This document shows positions 1 through 10,860 of a DNA stretch of 64,000 nt, one piece after another. Origin of the DNA: Abditibacterium sp. (lineage in GTDB: Bacteria > Armatimonadota > Abditibacteriia > Abditibacteriales > Abditibacteriaceae). The position numbers were made by a program, and so were the translations under genes. The DNA is taken from positions 4,480,001-4,544,000 of the forward strand of contig CBDASK010000003.1 of the NCBI GenBank assembly GCA_965199495.1, read 5' to 3'. The notes below the pieces were generated by a model. It worked only from the letters and a program-made list of their open reading frames with translations. It was not told where the DNA came from and made no database searches. Numbering within the stretch: the stretch's first letter is position 1; the number at the start of each line of letters is the position of its first letter.

Positions 1-119
1 CGACGCTACTCAACGGCATGACGCTGTTGGCCGTCGCGCCCGAAGAAAAATACGTCGCGCGCGGTCTGGTTCTGGCGCTGGCCGTTTGGATGGACGTGCG
101 CTTGAATCGCGGAAAATAA
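1..119 (+). CDS. C-terminal end of a sugar ABC transporter permease (XylH/RbsC-like), partial
   Basis: Frame from base 3 reads TLLNGMTLLAVAPEEKYVARGLVLALAVWMDVRLNRGK*, resembling the XylH-type C-terminus; TAA at 117-119. Confidence 0.75.
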   Translation, partial: TLLNGMTLLAVAPEEKYVARGLVLALAVWMDVRLNRGK

Positions 120-136
120 ACGACCACAAAAACATC

Positions 137-967
137 ATGAAAAAGTTCAATTCTCTTGCCTTGCTGCGCTCTTTCGCTCTGGCTGGCGTCATCGCTGGCG
201 GCGTGGCTGTTGATTTCGGCTGTCGCTCGCAGGCCGTCGCTCAACCGACGGTAATCGAAGAGAAAGCGCCAGAACCCAAGAAAGCCGACGCGAAAATGTC
301 GGAAACCGTGCCCGCCGATTCGCCTCATGCGGACGAAATCAACGCGTTCATCGCCGCCGACAAAAAGCAGATGCCGCCGCAAGGCGCCGTTTTGTTCATC
401 GGCAGTTCGAGCATCCGCTACTGGGACACCTTAGCGCAGGATTTCCCCGAAATCCCGGTCATCAATCGCGGTTTCGGCGGTTCACTGGTCGAAGAAAGCA
501 CGCGTTATGCCGACCGTATCGCCATTCCGTATAAGCCGAAGATGATCGTGATGTTCGCGGGCACCAACGACCTGGATTACGGCGGCAAAACCCCACAACA
601 GGTCTTCGACGATTACAAAGCGTTCGTTGCCAAAGTCCGCGCGAGTCTGCCCGGCGTGCGCATGGTTTATCTGGCGATTAGCCCGACCAAGTCGCGCTGG
701 AAATCCGAAGAGAAAGTTTTGCAGGCCAACCACCTGATTCAGGATTGGATGATTCTGAACAACTCGCCCGAAAACAAGTTGAATTTCATCAACACGCACG
801 ATCCGTTGTTGACGGCCAATGGTGGGCCGCCAGTGAATCTGGAGCGCGATGACGGTTTGCACTTCAATAAAGAAGGCTACAAAGTGTGGACATCGCTGAT
901 GAAACCGCAAATTCTGGCGCTGGCCGAAATGGAAGGCGTCAAGCGTTTGGATAAAGACAAAAATTAA
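137..967 (+). CDS. Secreted GDSL/SGNH esterase
   Basis: Signal-like N-terminus; FIGSSS, NRGFGG, GTND and DGLH blocks. Confidence 0.9.
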   Translation: MKKFNSLALLRSFALAGVIAGGVAVDFGCRSQAVAQPTVIEEKAPEPKKADAKMSETVPADSPHADEINAFIAADKKQMPPQGAVLFIGSSSIRYWDTLAQDFPEIPVINRGFGGSLVEESTRYADRIAIPYKPKMIVMFAGTNDLDYGGKTPQQVFDDYKAFVAKVRASLPGVRMVYLAISPTKSRWKSEEKVLQANHLIQDWMILNNSPENKLNFINTHDPLLTANGGPPVNLERDDGLHFNKEGYKVWTSLMKPQILALAEMEGVKRLDKDKN

Positions 968-980
968 GCTGTAAAAAATC

Positions 981-1014
981 AAAATCCCGCGATAAAAATA
1001 TCGCGGGATTTTTT
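981..1014 (+). terminator. Intrinsic terminator
   Basis: aaaatcccgcgata-aaaa-tatcgcgggatttt hairpin with T tract. Confidence 0.8.
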
Positions 1015-1310
1015 GGGGTTTCAAGCAGTGAATCACCTTAAAATGTGGGTCTGGGATCGCGCTTCGCGCGCAACTGTCCGCCTTCGCGGACAAAGTGCAT
1101 CGCAATTGCCTGTCGGATTAAACCGTCAAAATGAAACATACTACGAAATGCGTAACGATAATCTAAGCTGGGCTTACGCGAGTGGGAATGTCTGGGACTC
1201 AAACCGGCAAATTAGCAAAATTAATATCAGTGTTGTATACCATAAGCCGTTCTTCCGACTGAATAGTTTCTAAACTAAAAGCGGTTTCCCCAATTTTCAA
1301 ATTTCAAATA

Positions 1311-3746
1311 ATGCCCAAATCTCTGATTCAATCGGTTCTTTCGACGGGCGCGCGCGCAGTTTTGCCTGTGTTGCTGAGTCTGGGAATCGCCCAATCTTCG
1401 CACGCTCAGACTAAAACCAAACTCATCGTCTGGGGCTTGCAAACCGGGCCGGAATCCGCCGGTCTGGACGCGCAACTCGCCGAGTTTGAGAAGCGCAATC
1501 CCGACATCGAAATTTCGGCGCTCTCGATTGGCGCGGGTTCGATGAACCCGCAGAAGTTGATGACTTCGATTGTCGGCGGAGCGCCGCCTGATTTGATCAA
1601 CCAAGATCGTTTCACCATCGGCGACTGGGCTTCGCGCGACGCGTTTTCGCCACTCGATGAGTTTTTGGCTGCCGAAAAAGGCGGCAAAGACCCGATTAGC
1701 GCCGAAAGTTTTTATCCGGCGGCGTGGAAAGAGGCCGTTTACAAGGGCCACGTTTATGGCATCCCGACCAACATTGACGACCGCGCGCTTTATTATAATC
1801 GCAAGCTGTTTCGCGAAGCTGGCCTCGACCCCAACAAGCCGCCACGCACATGGGAGGAGTTGCAGCAAGCCGCCAAAAAGCTGACCAAAACGCGCAAAGA
1901 TGGCTCGTTTGAACAGATCGGTTTCATTCCCAACTGGGGCAACTCGTGGCTTTATCTTTACGCGTGGCAAAATGGCGGCGAGTTCATGAGTCCAGATGGG
2001 AAAAAATGCACGCTCGATGCGCCCCAAAACGTCGGTGCGCTCAAGTATATGGCCGACTTCTACGATATGTTGGGCGGCTACGACAAAGTCAACATCTTCC
2101 AGAGCGGCTTCCAATCGAATGAGCAAGACCCGTTTTTCACCGGCAAAATCGCGATGGTGATCAATGGTTCGTGGAACTTAAACAACATTGCGCGCTACGC
2201 GCCCGACCTGGACTTCGGCGTGGCTCCTGCTCCGGTGCCCGCCGCGCGCTTGAAGGGCGAGGGCCGCTTCAAGGGCGACGATCCGTTTATTACGTGGTCG
2301 GGCGGCGCTTCGCTGGCGATTCCGATGGGCGCCAAGCATCCCAAAGAGGCGTGGCGTTTTCTGAAATGGATGGTCAGCGAAGAGGCCGCCGTTTTGGGCG
2401 CGAGCAAGCAGAAAGCGTTCAACCTGAGACAGGGCCGTCCTTACGTTTTCGATTTCACCTCGCGTCCCGAAATCAATCAAGTTTTGTTGCAAAAATTCGC
2501 GCCATCTTCCAAGAGCTTGAAAGATGGCCAAAGCGAATTTATTGATTTGCTTAAAGTCTCGAAATATCGTCCGGTCACGTTCGTGGGCCAAACGCTGTGG
2601 GACGCGCATGTGCGCGCCTTCGAGCAAGCCTGTCAGCACGCCCAAACGCCCAAAGCGGCGCTAACCGAACAGACGAATTTGGTGCAAAAAGAACTGAACG
2701 CCGCGTTCGCGCGCGATTCTCTGCCGCTGTTTTCGTTCAAGTGGCCGATCATCACGATTGCCGCGCTGTGTTTGTTTGGTCTGGCGTTTGGCGGCACGCG
2801 CATGAAACAGCAGATCGGCGGTTCGCGCATGGCCAAACAAGAAACAAAAGCCGCCTATCTGATGGCCTCGCCGTGGATTATCGGATTTTTGCTGCTGACA
2901 GCCGGACCGATTTTGTCTTCGATTCTGCTGGCGTTTTCCTATTATGATGTGTTGCACGCGCCACGCTACGCGGGCTTAGCGAACTTTCATACGCTCTTCA
3001 CCGACGACCGCGAATTGATGATAAAAGCGTTTTATAACGCGGGCTATCTGGCGATTATCGGTATTCCTCTGGGCATGGCGACGGGACTGGCGATTGCGAT
3101 GCTTTTGAACATGAAAGTCAAGGGCATGAACTGGTATCGCACGGCGTTTTATATTCCTTCGATTGTGCCCGCAGTCGCTTCGGCGGTGTTGTGGAGCTGG
3201 ATTTTGGCGGGCGATCCGTCCAAGGGCTTGCTCAACGCCGTATGGAGCGCGACTTTGACGCAGTGGTTTGGCTGGTTGCCGCCGGGCTGGTTCGGCGTGG
3301 CTGACTGGGCCAAGCCGGGACTTATCGTTCAGGGATTGTGGGGCGCGGGCGGCGGCATGATTTTATGGCTGGCCGGTTTGCAGGGCGTGCCGTCGAGCCT
3401 CTATGAAGCCGCGCGCATTGACGGCGCGAGCGGCTGGAAACAGTTCCGCCACGTCACGCTCCCGATGCTTTCGCCCTATATCTTCTTCAACTTGATTATG
3501 GGCACCATCGGCGCGCTTCAAGAGTTCGACCGCGTTTACGTTCTGGGCGGCGGATCGGGCGGTGCCGGGCCATTGGATTCGATGTTGGTGCCGGTGCTTT
3601 ACCTGTTCAACAACGCGTTCCGCTTCTTCAAGATGGGTTATGCCAGCGCAATTGCGTGGGTTGTGTTCGTGATTATCCTCATTCTGGCGCTGATTCAGTT
3701 CTGGGCGCAGAAATATTGGGTGCATTACGAATCGGATAAAAAGTAG
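1311..3746 (+). CDS. Carbohydrate ABC transporter: substrate-binding protein fused to MalF-type permease
   Basis: Signal peptide and family-1 SBP motifs (ALYYNRKLFREAGLDP..PPRTWEEL), then TM segments with EAA loop (LYEAARIDGA). Confidence 0.92.
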   Translation: MPKSLIQSVLSTGARAVLPVLLSLGIAQSSHAQTKTKLIVWGLQTGPESAGLDAQLAEFEKRNPDIEISALSIGAGSMNPQKLMTSIVGGAPPDLINQDRFTIGDWASRDAFSPLDEFLAAEKGGKDPISAESFYPAAWKEAVYKGHVYGIPTNIDDRALYYNRKLFREAGLDPNKPPRTWEELQQAAKKLTKTRKDGSFEQIGFIPNWGNSWLYLYAWQNGGEFMSPDGKKCTLDAPQNVGALKYMADFYDMLGGYDKVNIFQSGFQSNEQDPFFTGKIAMVINGSWNLNNIARYAPDLDFGVAPAPVPAARLKGEGRFKGDDPFITWSGGASLAIPMGAKHPKEAWRFLKWMVSEEAAVLGASKQKAFNLRQGRPYVFDFTSRPEINQVLLQKFAPSSKSLKDGQSEFIDLLKVSKYRPVTFVGQTLWDAHVRAFEQACQHAQTPKAALTEQTNLVQKELNAAFARDSLPLFSFKWPIITIAALCLFGLAFGGTRMKQQIGGSRMAKQETKAAYLMASPWIIGFLLLTAGPILSSILLAFSYYDVLHAPRYAGLANFHTLFTDDRELMIKAFYNAGYLAIIGIPLGMATGLAIAMLLNMKVKGMNWYRTAFYIPSIVPAVASAVLWSWILAGDPSKGLLNAVWSATLTQWFGWLPPGWFGVADWAKPGLIVQGLWGAGGGMILWLAGLQGVPSSLYEAARIDGASGWKQFRHVTLPMLSPYIFFNLIMGTIGALQEFDRVYVLGGGSGGAGPLDSMLVPVLYLFNNAFRFFKMGYASAIAWVVFVIILILALIQFWAQKYWVHYESDKK

Positions 3747-3785
3747 AGTTGCGGAGAACGTAACATTTAATTTCCACAAAAAATT

Positions 3786-5117
3786 ATGACATCTCTTGTC
3801 TGGCTGATCGCCATTGTTCTGGGCGTCGTGGCGCTCGTTGTTCTGGTGAGTTCCTTTGTCGCGTCCATTCGCGCGGCGCAAATGCCACTTGTTGGCCTAA
3901 GCGCCCTCCTCAACGCCGGATTTTTCGCGACGCTGTGGCTCATTCCCAGCGCCTACATCATCGCGCTGGTTTCGTTGCTAATGATTCCGCTCGCGCTTTT
4001 GCTGGTCAAGCGCGGCACGCGCAACGGCGCGCAGGCGCAGCAGGTCACCAAACTTTCGGCGGCGCATTGCACCCTGATGGCCGGTTCGCTGATGTTTTTG
4101 ATTCCGTTCGCGTGGCTGATTTCGACTTCGCTCAAGCCCGACGACGAGCAGGCGGCATTTCCGCCGATCTGGATTCCGACCCAGCAAATTACGTCGGGCG
4201 CCGTCAAGATGACCGACGGCAAACCCGCGCCGGTTTCGTGGTGGATGAAGGGCACGCCCAAAGAGCAACCCGTCGCCGAAGTCGCCGATTTGCCATCGGG
4301 CAGCATCATGGTGCAACCGCTCGCGCTGGAATCAGGCGTTAAAATTCCCGATGAAGCCTCGAAAGCGCAGGGCGCGACCTTTGAAGCCACGCCGGGCGAG
4401 TTGGAAAAAGTTCGCGCCGTCAACCCGCGCTGGCAGAACTACGCCGACGCCCTCGAATTTTTGCCGCCAGAAACCCATTACGGCTTGACGTTCCTGATGA
4501 ACACGCTGTTTCTCACGCTGATGTCAGTCATCGGAACCGTGATTTCGTCGTCGCTGGTCGCCTACGCGTTCGCGCGTTTGCGCTGGCCGGGCAAAAATTT
4601 GTTGTTTGTGGTTTTGCTGGCGACGATGATGGTGCCGGGCGCCGTCACGTTGATGCCGCAGTTCTTGATTTTCCGCAGTTTGGGCTGGGTTGACACGCTC
4701 TTGCCACTGTGGGTGCCCGCGTTTTTTGCGGCGCCATTCAACGTGTTTTTGCTGCGCCAGTTCTTCATGTCAATCCCCGGCGAACTCGAAGACGCCGCCA
4801 AAATTGACGGTTGCGGCCCGCTCGCGATTTACTGGCGCATCATGTTGCCCCAAGTCAAACCGGCTTTGGCCGCCATCAGCATTTTGAGTATCATGGGCGC
4901 ATGGAACAACTTCCAGGGGCCGCTGATTTACGTCTCGTCGCCCGAAAAGATGCCGCTCGCCTACGCGTTGCAGCTTTACCAGCAACAGCACGGCGGCGAA
5001 CCCGGCTTGCTGATGGCCGCTTCAACCTTAGTCGTGTTACCGATTATCGTGCTGTTCTTCTTCACGCAACGCTACTTCATCGAGGGCGTATCGTTTAGCG
5101 GCATGGGCGGACGATAG
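3786..5117 (+). CDS. Carbohydrate ABC permease (MalG-type) with extra N-terminal helices
   Basis: IPGELEDAAKIDG EAA motif; FFFTQRYFIEG C-terminus. Confidence 0.92.
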   Translation: MTSLVWLIAIVLGVVALVVLVSSFVASIRAAQMPLVGLSALLNAGFFATLWLIPSAYIIALVSLLMIPLALLLVKRGTRNGAQAQQVTKLSAAHCTLMAGSLMFLIPFAWLISTSLKPDDEQAAFPPIWIPTQQITSGAVKMTDGKPAPVSWWMKGTPKEQPVAEVADLPSGSIMVQPLALESGVKIPDEASKAQGATFEATPGELEKVRAVNPRWQNYADALEFLPPETHYGLTFLMNTLFLTLMSVIGTVISSSLVAYAFARLRWPGKNLLFVVLLATMMVPGAVTLMPQFLIFRSLGWVDTLLPLWVPAFFAAPFNVFLLRQFFMSIPGELEDAAKIDGCGPLAIYWRIMLPQVKPALAAISILSIMGAWNNFQGPLIYVSSPEKMPLAYALQLYQQQHGGEPGLLMAASTLVVLPIIVLFFFTQRYFIEGVSFSGMGGR

Positions 5118-5181
5118 ATGGAAACAGCGCGGCCAATGATGCAGCCACGTCGCCCGCGCGGTCTTCTAAAGAACCATCTCA

Positions 5182-5226
5182 AAATAAAAGAGCCGCTTCC
5201 CGTTTTGGGAAGCGGCTCTTTTATTT
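5182..5226. terminator. Bidirectional terminator
   Basis: aaataaaagagccgcttccc..gggaagcggctcttttattt between convergent genes. Confidence 0.85.
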
Positions 5227-5303
5227 CTCATTAATCTTCATGCTCTAAAGTGTCTGCATTTGGCTGTCTCGCACTTCTGCCGAATCTGGTTTGCATCCGT
5301 ATT

Positions 5304-6719
5304 TCACTTCGCCAACTTCATCTTCTCCATCAACTGGCGTTGCTGCTCATCCATCTGGCGCCGATAGGTCTGCCATCGCGCCTCTTCCAAACCCTGTAAA
5401 TGTTTGGGCCACCATTGCGCGCCCACTTCGGCGACTTGCTCTTGCCGGGCATCGAATGCGGAGCGCGGCAGAACTGGCCCCAATTCCGAAACGAGGCGCG
5501 CCAGTATCTGATGAGCACCAAAAGCGACATCGCCTTGCGGGTCGCGAAGCGCGACGAGCAGATAAGGCACGCTACTTTCGTCAGCCAACTTACCGAGAGC
5601 CTGAATTGCGGCTCGCCGAGTGGTTTCGCTCCGCATGAACAATGCTTCGTTGAGCATAGGCAACTCCTCGGCATCGTGCGTTTGACCAGCTTTCAATTCG
5701 ATGGAATCTTTGGCTTCGGCGCGGGAATGTTTGCCCGCTAATTCATCGTGCCACCAGGAAAAGAACAATTGTCGCTCGCCCGTCTTTTGTTTCTCGAACT
5801 GATCTGAACTGAAATTGTTGGGCACCGCGGGCAAAATATCGTGCAAAACGGCGCAACTATAAGGCGCGACAAACTTCTGCGGGTCTTGATCGTATAACGC
5901 CAGTAACAAGAAAGGAACCGAATCTCTTGTCGCCATGTTGGACAACGCCATGACCGAGTTCAACCGGATGCCGCTGGGAGAAGCGAACATCGCTTTTTCC
6001 AGAAAAGGTTTGGCCTCTTTGACTTTATACTCGCTGATTAGCGGACCCGATGCGCCCCCAAAGGTGAAACTCTTAGCACGAGCCACGATCATTGGAATGG
6101 CAGAAACTTGCTGGTTTCGAGCGAAGTTTGATAACGCAGCATCAGCAATATAATCATCTTTATCGTTCACGTAGCGAGCCAGAAATTGCATCGCGGATTT
6201 GGTGCGAAACTGTGATAGCAAGAAAACGGACAGCTGACGCAGAGAATCCTCCTCGCATCCTTTGGCAAGAATTCGCTCGACGTTTTGCTCTGGCGTTAAG
6301 CTCTCGTCTACGAGCGAAATCGCGGCTTCGGACAATGGAACCAAAGAGGCACATTCGGTCCTGAGCTTAAATCCCTCTTTATCATCTGGAATCAGAAGCA
6401 CAAGAAAATTGTCTCCTTCTCTGATTCTGAACGAGAAAAATAGATTACGATAGTAATCCCTGTCTATATCCCACCGAGGATTGAGCGAAATTTTCTGTGG
6501 AGCCTCGCCTTTGATACTCTTCTTGAGAGACAGAACGATCTTCTCGCTTCGATCAAAGTAAGTCGCGTTAGGATCCTCCCCCTCTTCGGCTTGAGCAATA
6601 GCAATGACAGGTGTAGAACGGACAACCGCATCGAAGCTTGAAGGATTTAAAATTCTTGCAAAACTGCTTCCTGTGCCGAGTAACACAGCACAGAGAACAA
6701 AGAAAGTCAATTTGAACAT
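5304..6719 (-). CDS. Secreted HEAT-repeat protein
   Basis: Signal peptide; repeats RxxAxxALGxL..SVPYLLxALxD. Confidence 0.8.
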   Translation of the reverse strand: MFKLTFFVLCAVLLGTGSSFARILNPSSFDAVVRSTPVIAIAQAEEGEDPNATYFDRSEKIVLSLKKSIKGEAPQKISLNPRWDIDRDYYRNLFFSFRIREGDNFLVLLIPDDKEGFKLRTECASLVPLSEAAISLVDESLTPEQNVERILAKGCEEDSLRQLSVFLLSQFRTKSAMQFLARYVNDKDDYIADAALSNFARNQQVSAIPMIVARAKSFTFGGASGPLISEYKVKEAKPFLEKAMFASPSGIRLNSVMALSNMATRDSVPFLLLALYDQDPQKFVAPYSCAVLHDILPAVPNNFSSDQFEKQKTGERQLFFSWWHDELAGKHSRAEAKDSIELKAGQTHDAEELPMLNEALFMRSETTRRAAIQALGKLADESSVPYLLVALRDPQGDVAFGAHQILARLVSELGPVLPRSAFDARQEQVAEVGAQWWPKHLQGLEEARWQTYRRQMDEQQRQLMEKMKLAK

Positions 6720-6875
6720 TTGATATGGTGTTCCGCAAAGGGAATTAGGAAGCGGTTTTCCGACCTTTCGAGGTTAGCAAAGTTGCTTTTGCGAAAAATG
6801 AACCCTCATTTTCAACAGGAGTTACGCAAATGCTTCCAACCGTAGGTAGCGGCCTTTTATGAGATGCAACCGTGC

Positions 6876-6973
6876 CGTAGAGACACCGGCTTATCGTGTC
6901 TAAAATGTCAATGAACGCCACAAGGTTAAAGCAAATCCGGCGTTTTTAGACACGACAAGTCGGTGTCTCTACG
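6876..6973. repeat. REP/REPIN-like inverted repeat, family A (GTAGAGACACCG..TAAAA)
   Basis: About 30-bp inverted arms; related copies at 13136, 21430, 30998, half copy at 44481. Confidence 0.85.
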
Positions 6974-7024
6974 ATACGGCGGCGCAATCCACAACAATAA
7001 TTATCAGCGAGGCTTAACGCAACC

Positions 7025-7060
7025 AAAAAGCGCCGTTCCCCATTGGGAACGGCGCTTTTT
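7025..7060 (-). terminator. Intrinsic terminator
   Basis: aaaaagcgccgttccc-catt-gggaacggcgcttttt. Confidence 0.85.
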
Positions 7061-7074
7061 ACATTCCAGCAGAC

Positions 7075-8793
7075 TCATTTCGCTAACGAAATGCCCGCGA
7101 TTTTGACGTTGGGATTGTTCGGCAAAGTCAGGCTTTGCACCGTCTTATTCGCGTCGAGCGCGAAACCATAGGAATACATCGAGAACGAGCGCGGGTCATT
7201 CGTGCCGTCCATCATGACGCGGCCTTCGGTTTTGATGGCGCGGGTTTCGCCGGGAAAGCTCTGTGGCGCATACCAATCGCTGAAGTTTTGCACCAGAGTT
7301 TGTTTGGTGCCATCGGCGTAATTCACCACGAATTCCTGCGCGCGTTGACCGCCTTCGACTGCGGCGCCCAGCATCCACAACGACGCATATTTGCCCGATG
7401 GCAAATTCACCGTCGCGCCGTTGGCCGTCACGATGTTGTTGACGCCGGGCGTGCCCAGCTTGAAATTCACGTTTTTGGAGGTGACCATCGCGCCGACATC
7501 CTGGGACGAAAACGCCGCGCCGCCGCCATCAAAGCCTTTATCGGCGCCAAATACGGAGCCAGCTTTCACGAAACCCAAAGCATTGAAAGTTTTGGACAGA
7601 TCAACTGCTACGCTCGAATTGGGCGCGACAACTGGCAACTCGCGCGGTCTGTCGGCCAGAGCCACCGGTGGCGTAATCACACCTTTGGGATCGGCTTTAT
7701 AGGCGGCCAAAAACTCCTGCCACAGCGTCGGCGCATCTTTGCCGGTATATTCTTTCCATTTTTCCGGCGTATAGCGGCCAAAGCGCGTGTCGGCATTGAG
7801 CTTGGTGACCAAACGCGAATCGTAGTGCAATTCGCACCACGCCAGAAATGCGCCGGTCGTGCGATACGAATCGTTGTAGTTGGACTTGTCCGTGATATTG
7901 TAGGTAAAATTCTGCGGCTCGAACTTGACCCAGCGCAGATAATCGGCGGTGCCCTCGATGAGCCAGACCGGATTGTAGGCGCTCATCGCCTGGACGACGT
8001 GCGCGACTTCGTGAACCGTCAGGCCGGTGTCATCGGGATGCGCGCCCGCCCACGCAGTGTTAACCGTCATCTCGCCGCCGCCGGTGGCTGCTACGCCCGT
8101 CACGTTGGGGCCGGTACGATAAAAAATGTTGACCTTGTTGGGCGTGATGAAATTATCGGTGTAAAGCACCGCTTCCATTTCGGGCCAGAACTCCATCATC
8201 TGCTTGTCGGCTTTGGCGGCCCAGACTTTGAGGTTGGCGGGCACTTCGTTGCCCTCGAAGGGACGACCGGCGCCCCATTGAACGTGCGAAATTTTGGTTG
8301 GAGAATCAAGAGTAATTTCGCGAATTATCAACGACGCCAAGCCGGTGCCCGCGTTGATTTTGATGCGCAACGCCATAATCGCCTGATTGTTCAAGTTGCC
8401 CGTCGCCACGCCTTTACTATCGAAAGTCGCGGCGCGTTTGTAGGTTTTGCCATCGGTCGAAACTTCGACATAACCTTTGGTCAGCAAGTTGTCACCGTCG
8501 GCGTTGCCAGTTGTAATGGTCATCGAACGCACGGGCAGAGGCCGCGAAAACAGAACGGTGAAATCGTCGCCATCGCCCATGCCATAAACCGTTTTGTAGT
8601 AGGAATTTTGATCGCCATCCATCGCCAGTTCGGCGCGGTTAGCGCGCATCGAGGGCATCGTGGAATAGAGCGTTGCCTCGGTTTCGGGGGGCGCAGCCAT
8701 TGGCATTGCCACCGGTGCGGGTGCGAGCGCGTTTTGCGCGTGGCAACTCGAAGTCAGTCCGGCCAGAGCAGCGAGAAAAAGGATTTGTTTCAT
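7075..8793 (-). CDS. Secreted BSP-family (basic secretory protein) metallopeptidase with flanking beta-sandwich domains
   Basis: HEVAH..WLIEGTADYLR motif; discoidin-like N-terminal region; signal peptide. Confidence 0.8.
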   Translation of the reverse strand: MKQILFLAALAGLTSSCHAQNALAPAPVAMPMAAPPETEATLYSTMPSMRANRAELAMDGDQNSYYKTVYGMGDGDDFTVLFSRPLPVRSMTITTGNADGDNLLTKGYVEVSTDGKTYKRAATFDSKGVATGNLNNQAIMALRIKINAGTGLASLIIREITLDSPTKISHVQWGAGRPFEGNEVPANLKVWAAKADKQMMEFWPEMEAVLYTDNFITPNKVNIFYRTGPNVTGVAATGGGEMTVNTAWAGAHPDDTGLTVHEVAHVVQAMSAYNPVWLIEGTADYLRWVKFEPQNFTYNITDKSNYNDSYRTTGAFLAWCELHYDSRLVTKLNADTRFGRYTPEKWKEYTGKDAPTLWQEFLAAYKADPKGVITPPVALADRPRELPVVAPNSSVAVDLSKTFNALGFVKAGSVFGADKGFDGGGAAFSSQDVGAMVTSKNVNFKLGTPGVNNIVTANGATVNLPSGKYASLWMLGAAVEGGQRAQEFVVNYADGTKQTLVQNFSDWYAPQSFPGETRAIKTEGRVMMDGTNDPRSFSMYSYGFALDANKTVQSLTLPNNPNVKIAGISLAK

Positions 8794-9067
8794 GGGAGGG
8801 TTATCAAATTAAAATGCCCGCTTTGGTATAGCTAAAAAATCGGGCTTTCACAATACCAATATCAATTCGTAAGACAACTCTTCTGTGTTTCAGATTCACA
8901 TAAATTTCAAATTTTCGCCGCATTGTTCCGCATTCCGTCTGCGCGCTATAAACTTATCGTGACGGATTTCTTCGGGCCAATTCGCGCAACCAGAACAGAA
9001 AAAATCGTTCAAAAATCCGTCTAATTTAAGATACCGGTATTGATTATCGGTTAAACTTTCATTAATC

Positions 9068-10786
9068 ATGCAATACCAAAACTCTTCTCTGTTAGCAAAG
9101 TGCAGCCACGTCGTCGTTGGCATGACGATAGTGGCGGGCGGAGCTTTGCTCGCTCCGACGCCCGCGCACGCCAACTACGAACAAAAGGCGCTCGAAACGA
9201 CCGATTACATTCAGCGCGCGTTCTACGATCCCACTGCCAAGCTCTATCGCCCGACGGCGCCGATGAAACCCGATGGCTTGCCCTATGAAGTGATGTGGGG
9301 CAACGGTTTGGAACATTCGGTTTTGACTTTCGCGACCAAATACGATCCGCAGAAATACAAGCCGGTGCTTTACGATTTCAGCCAAAGTTTGCGACGATAC
9401 TGGGACAAAGACGCGCCGATTCCCGGATTTGACGCTTATTTCTCCTCGCCGACCGACGACGATAAATACTATGACGACAACGCGTGGCTGGTGTTGAGTT
9501 TCGTCGAGGCTTATGACGTGACCAAAGACAAGCAGTTTTTGACTTGGGCCGAGCAGACACAAAATTTCGTGTTGAGCGGCTACGACGACAAACTGGGCGG
9601 CGGACTTTATTGGCACCAGCAGAAAAAAGACGGAAAAAATACCTGCGTCTCTGCTCCGGCGGCGGCGGCGGCGCTCGATTTGTATCGCGTGACCGGCGAC
9701 AAAACCGATTTGAATCAGGCCACGCAGCTTTATAACTGGACGTGCAACAAGTTGCAGGACACCGATGGTTTGTTCTTCGACAACATCAATCTCAACGGCG
9801 AAATCGGCAAAGCCAAATTCACCTACAACACGGCTTTGATGCTGCGCAACAACGTCGAATTGTATAAAGTGACCAAAGACCAAAAGTATCTGAAGGAGGC
9901 GCGCCGCGTGGCCGATGCTTCGCTGGATTACTGGACGGGCACGCAGGGCAAATTTGGCGACGATCCCAAATTCAACAACTGGCTGTGCGATGCGCTGTTA
10001 GCGACCTACCGAGTCACTGACGATGTGAAATATCTCAACGCCGTGCGCCGTCACGCCGATTACGGTTATCGCAATGGCCGCGATGCCAGCGATGGCGGCT
10101 ACTGGAATAACTGGAGCGCCACCAGCCACGCGCCCGACGAGCGCAAAACCGTGATAGAAAACGCTTCTGCCGCGCGCATCTTCTGGCTTTTGGCGCCCTA
10201 CGACGATTTGGACGAATTGCGCGTCAAAGTTTCGACGGCACTCAAACAAGGCGATCTCAAAAGCGCGACGAATTATTATCAGCAACTCATCGCCTCCGAT
10301 TCGAGCGTGATGCCACGCACCATCCCCGTCGTGCCAGTCTCGGTTCCGGCGCCTCAGACTTGGAAAATGACGTTTGCCGCGCCACCGCAAAATTGGATGC
10401 AACCCGGCTTCAGCGATGCCAACTGGCAGAGCGCACTCGGCGCGTTCGGCGGCAAAATGGAGGGCGGCCCGCAGATCACATCCAACTGGGAGGGCAGCGA
10501 CATTTGGTTGCGTCGCACCTTCAATCCGGGCAATCTGAGCGCGGAAGAGTTGAAACAATTGGTGTTGCGCCAATATCACGACGACGGCATCGAGATTTAT
10601 ATCAACGGCGTGCTGGCCTATGAAAACGCGGGCGCGACGCACGAATATAATAACGTTCCCATGTCGGATGCGGCCAGAGCCGCGATTAAGCCGGGCGCCA
10701 ATAACCTGCTGGCCGTTCACTGCCACGACGGCGGCGGCGACAAACATATGGATGTCGGCATTTACCGTTTGATTCCGATGCAGTAA
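9068..10786 (+). CDS. GH76 alpha-1,6-mannanase-like protein with C-terminal beta-sandwich domain
   Basis: YYDDNAW catalytic motif, GGGLYW, KNTC, FTYN; signal peptide. Confidence 0.9.
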   Translation: MQYQNSSLLAKCSHVVVGMTIVAGGALLAPTPAHANYEQKALETTDYIQRAFYDPTAKLYRPTAPMKPDGLPYEVMWGNGLEHSVLTFATKYDPQKYKPVLYDFSQSLRRYWDKDAPIPGFDAYFSSPTDDDKYYDDNAWLVLSFVEAYDVTKDKQFLTWAEQTQNFVLSGYDDKLGGGLYWHQQKKDGKNTCVSAPAAAAALDLYRVTGDKTDLNQATQLYNWTCNKLQDTDGLFFDNINLNGEIGKAKFTYNTALMLRNNVELYKVTKDQKYLKEARRVADASLDYWTGTQGKFGDDPKFNNWLCDALLATYRVTDDVKYLNAVRRHADYGYRNGRDASDGGYWNNWSATSHAPDERKTVIENASAARIFWLLAPYDDLDELRVKVSTALKQGDLKSATNYYQQLIASDSSVMPRTIPVVPVSVPAPQTWKMTFAAPPQNWMQPGFSDANWQSALGAFGGKMEGGPQITSNWEGSDIWLRRTFNPGNLSAEELKQLVLRQYHDDGIEIYINGVLAYENAGATHEYNNVPMSDAARAAIKPGANNLLAVHCHDGGGDKHMDVGIYRLIPMQ

Positions 10787-10860
10787 GTTGATAGTCAATT
10801 TAGTTCCCCATGTGCCTTGCGAGTCAATTCCGATTCGCAGGGCACGTTCATATTTTTCGC

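Noticed and set aside
1013..1273. 86-aa ORF between the esterase and the ABC genes
   Set aside because: Starts inside a terminator and has no recognisable motif; may be a gene remnant but cannot be supported
7135..8835. Long antisense ORFs (also 11008-13227, 15490-17289, 39100-41352, 52265-53179)
   Set aside because: Each mirrors a well-supported gene on the other strand and has no recognisable motifs; typical codon-bias shadows
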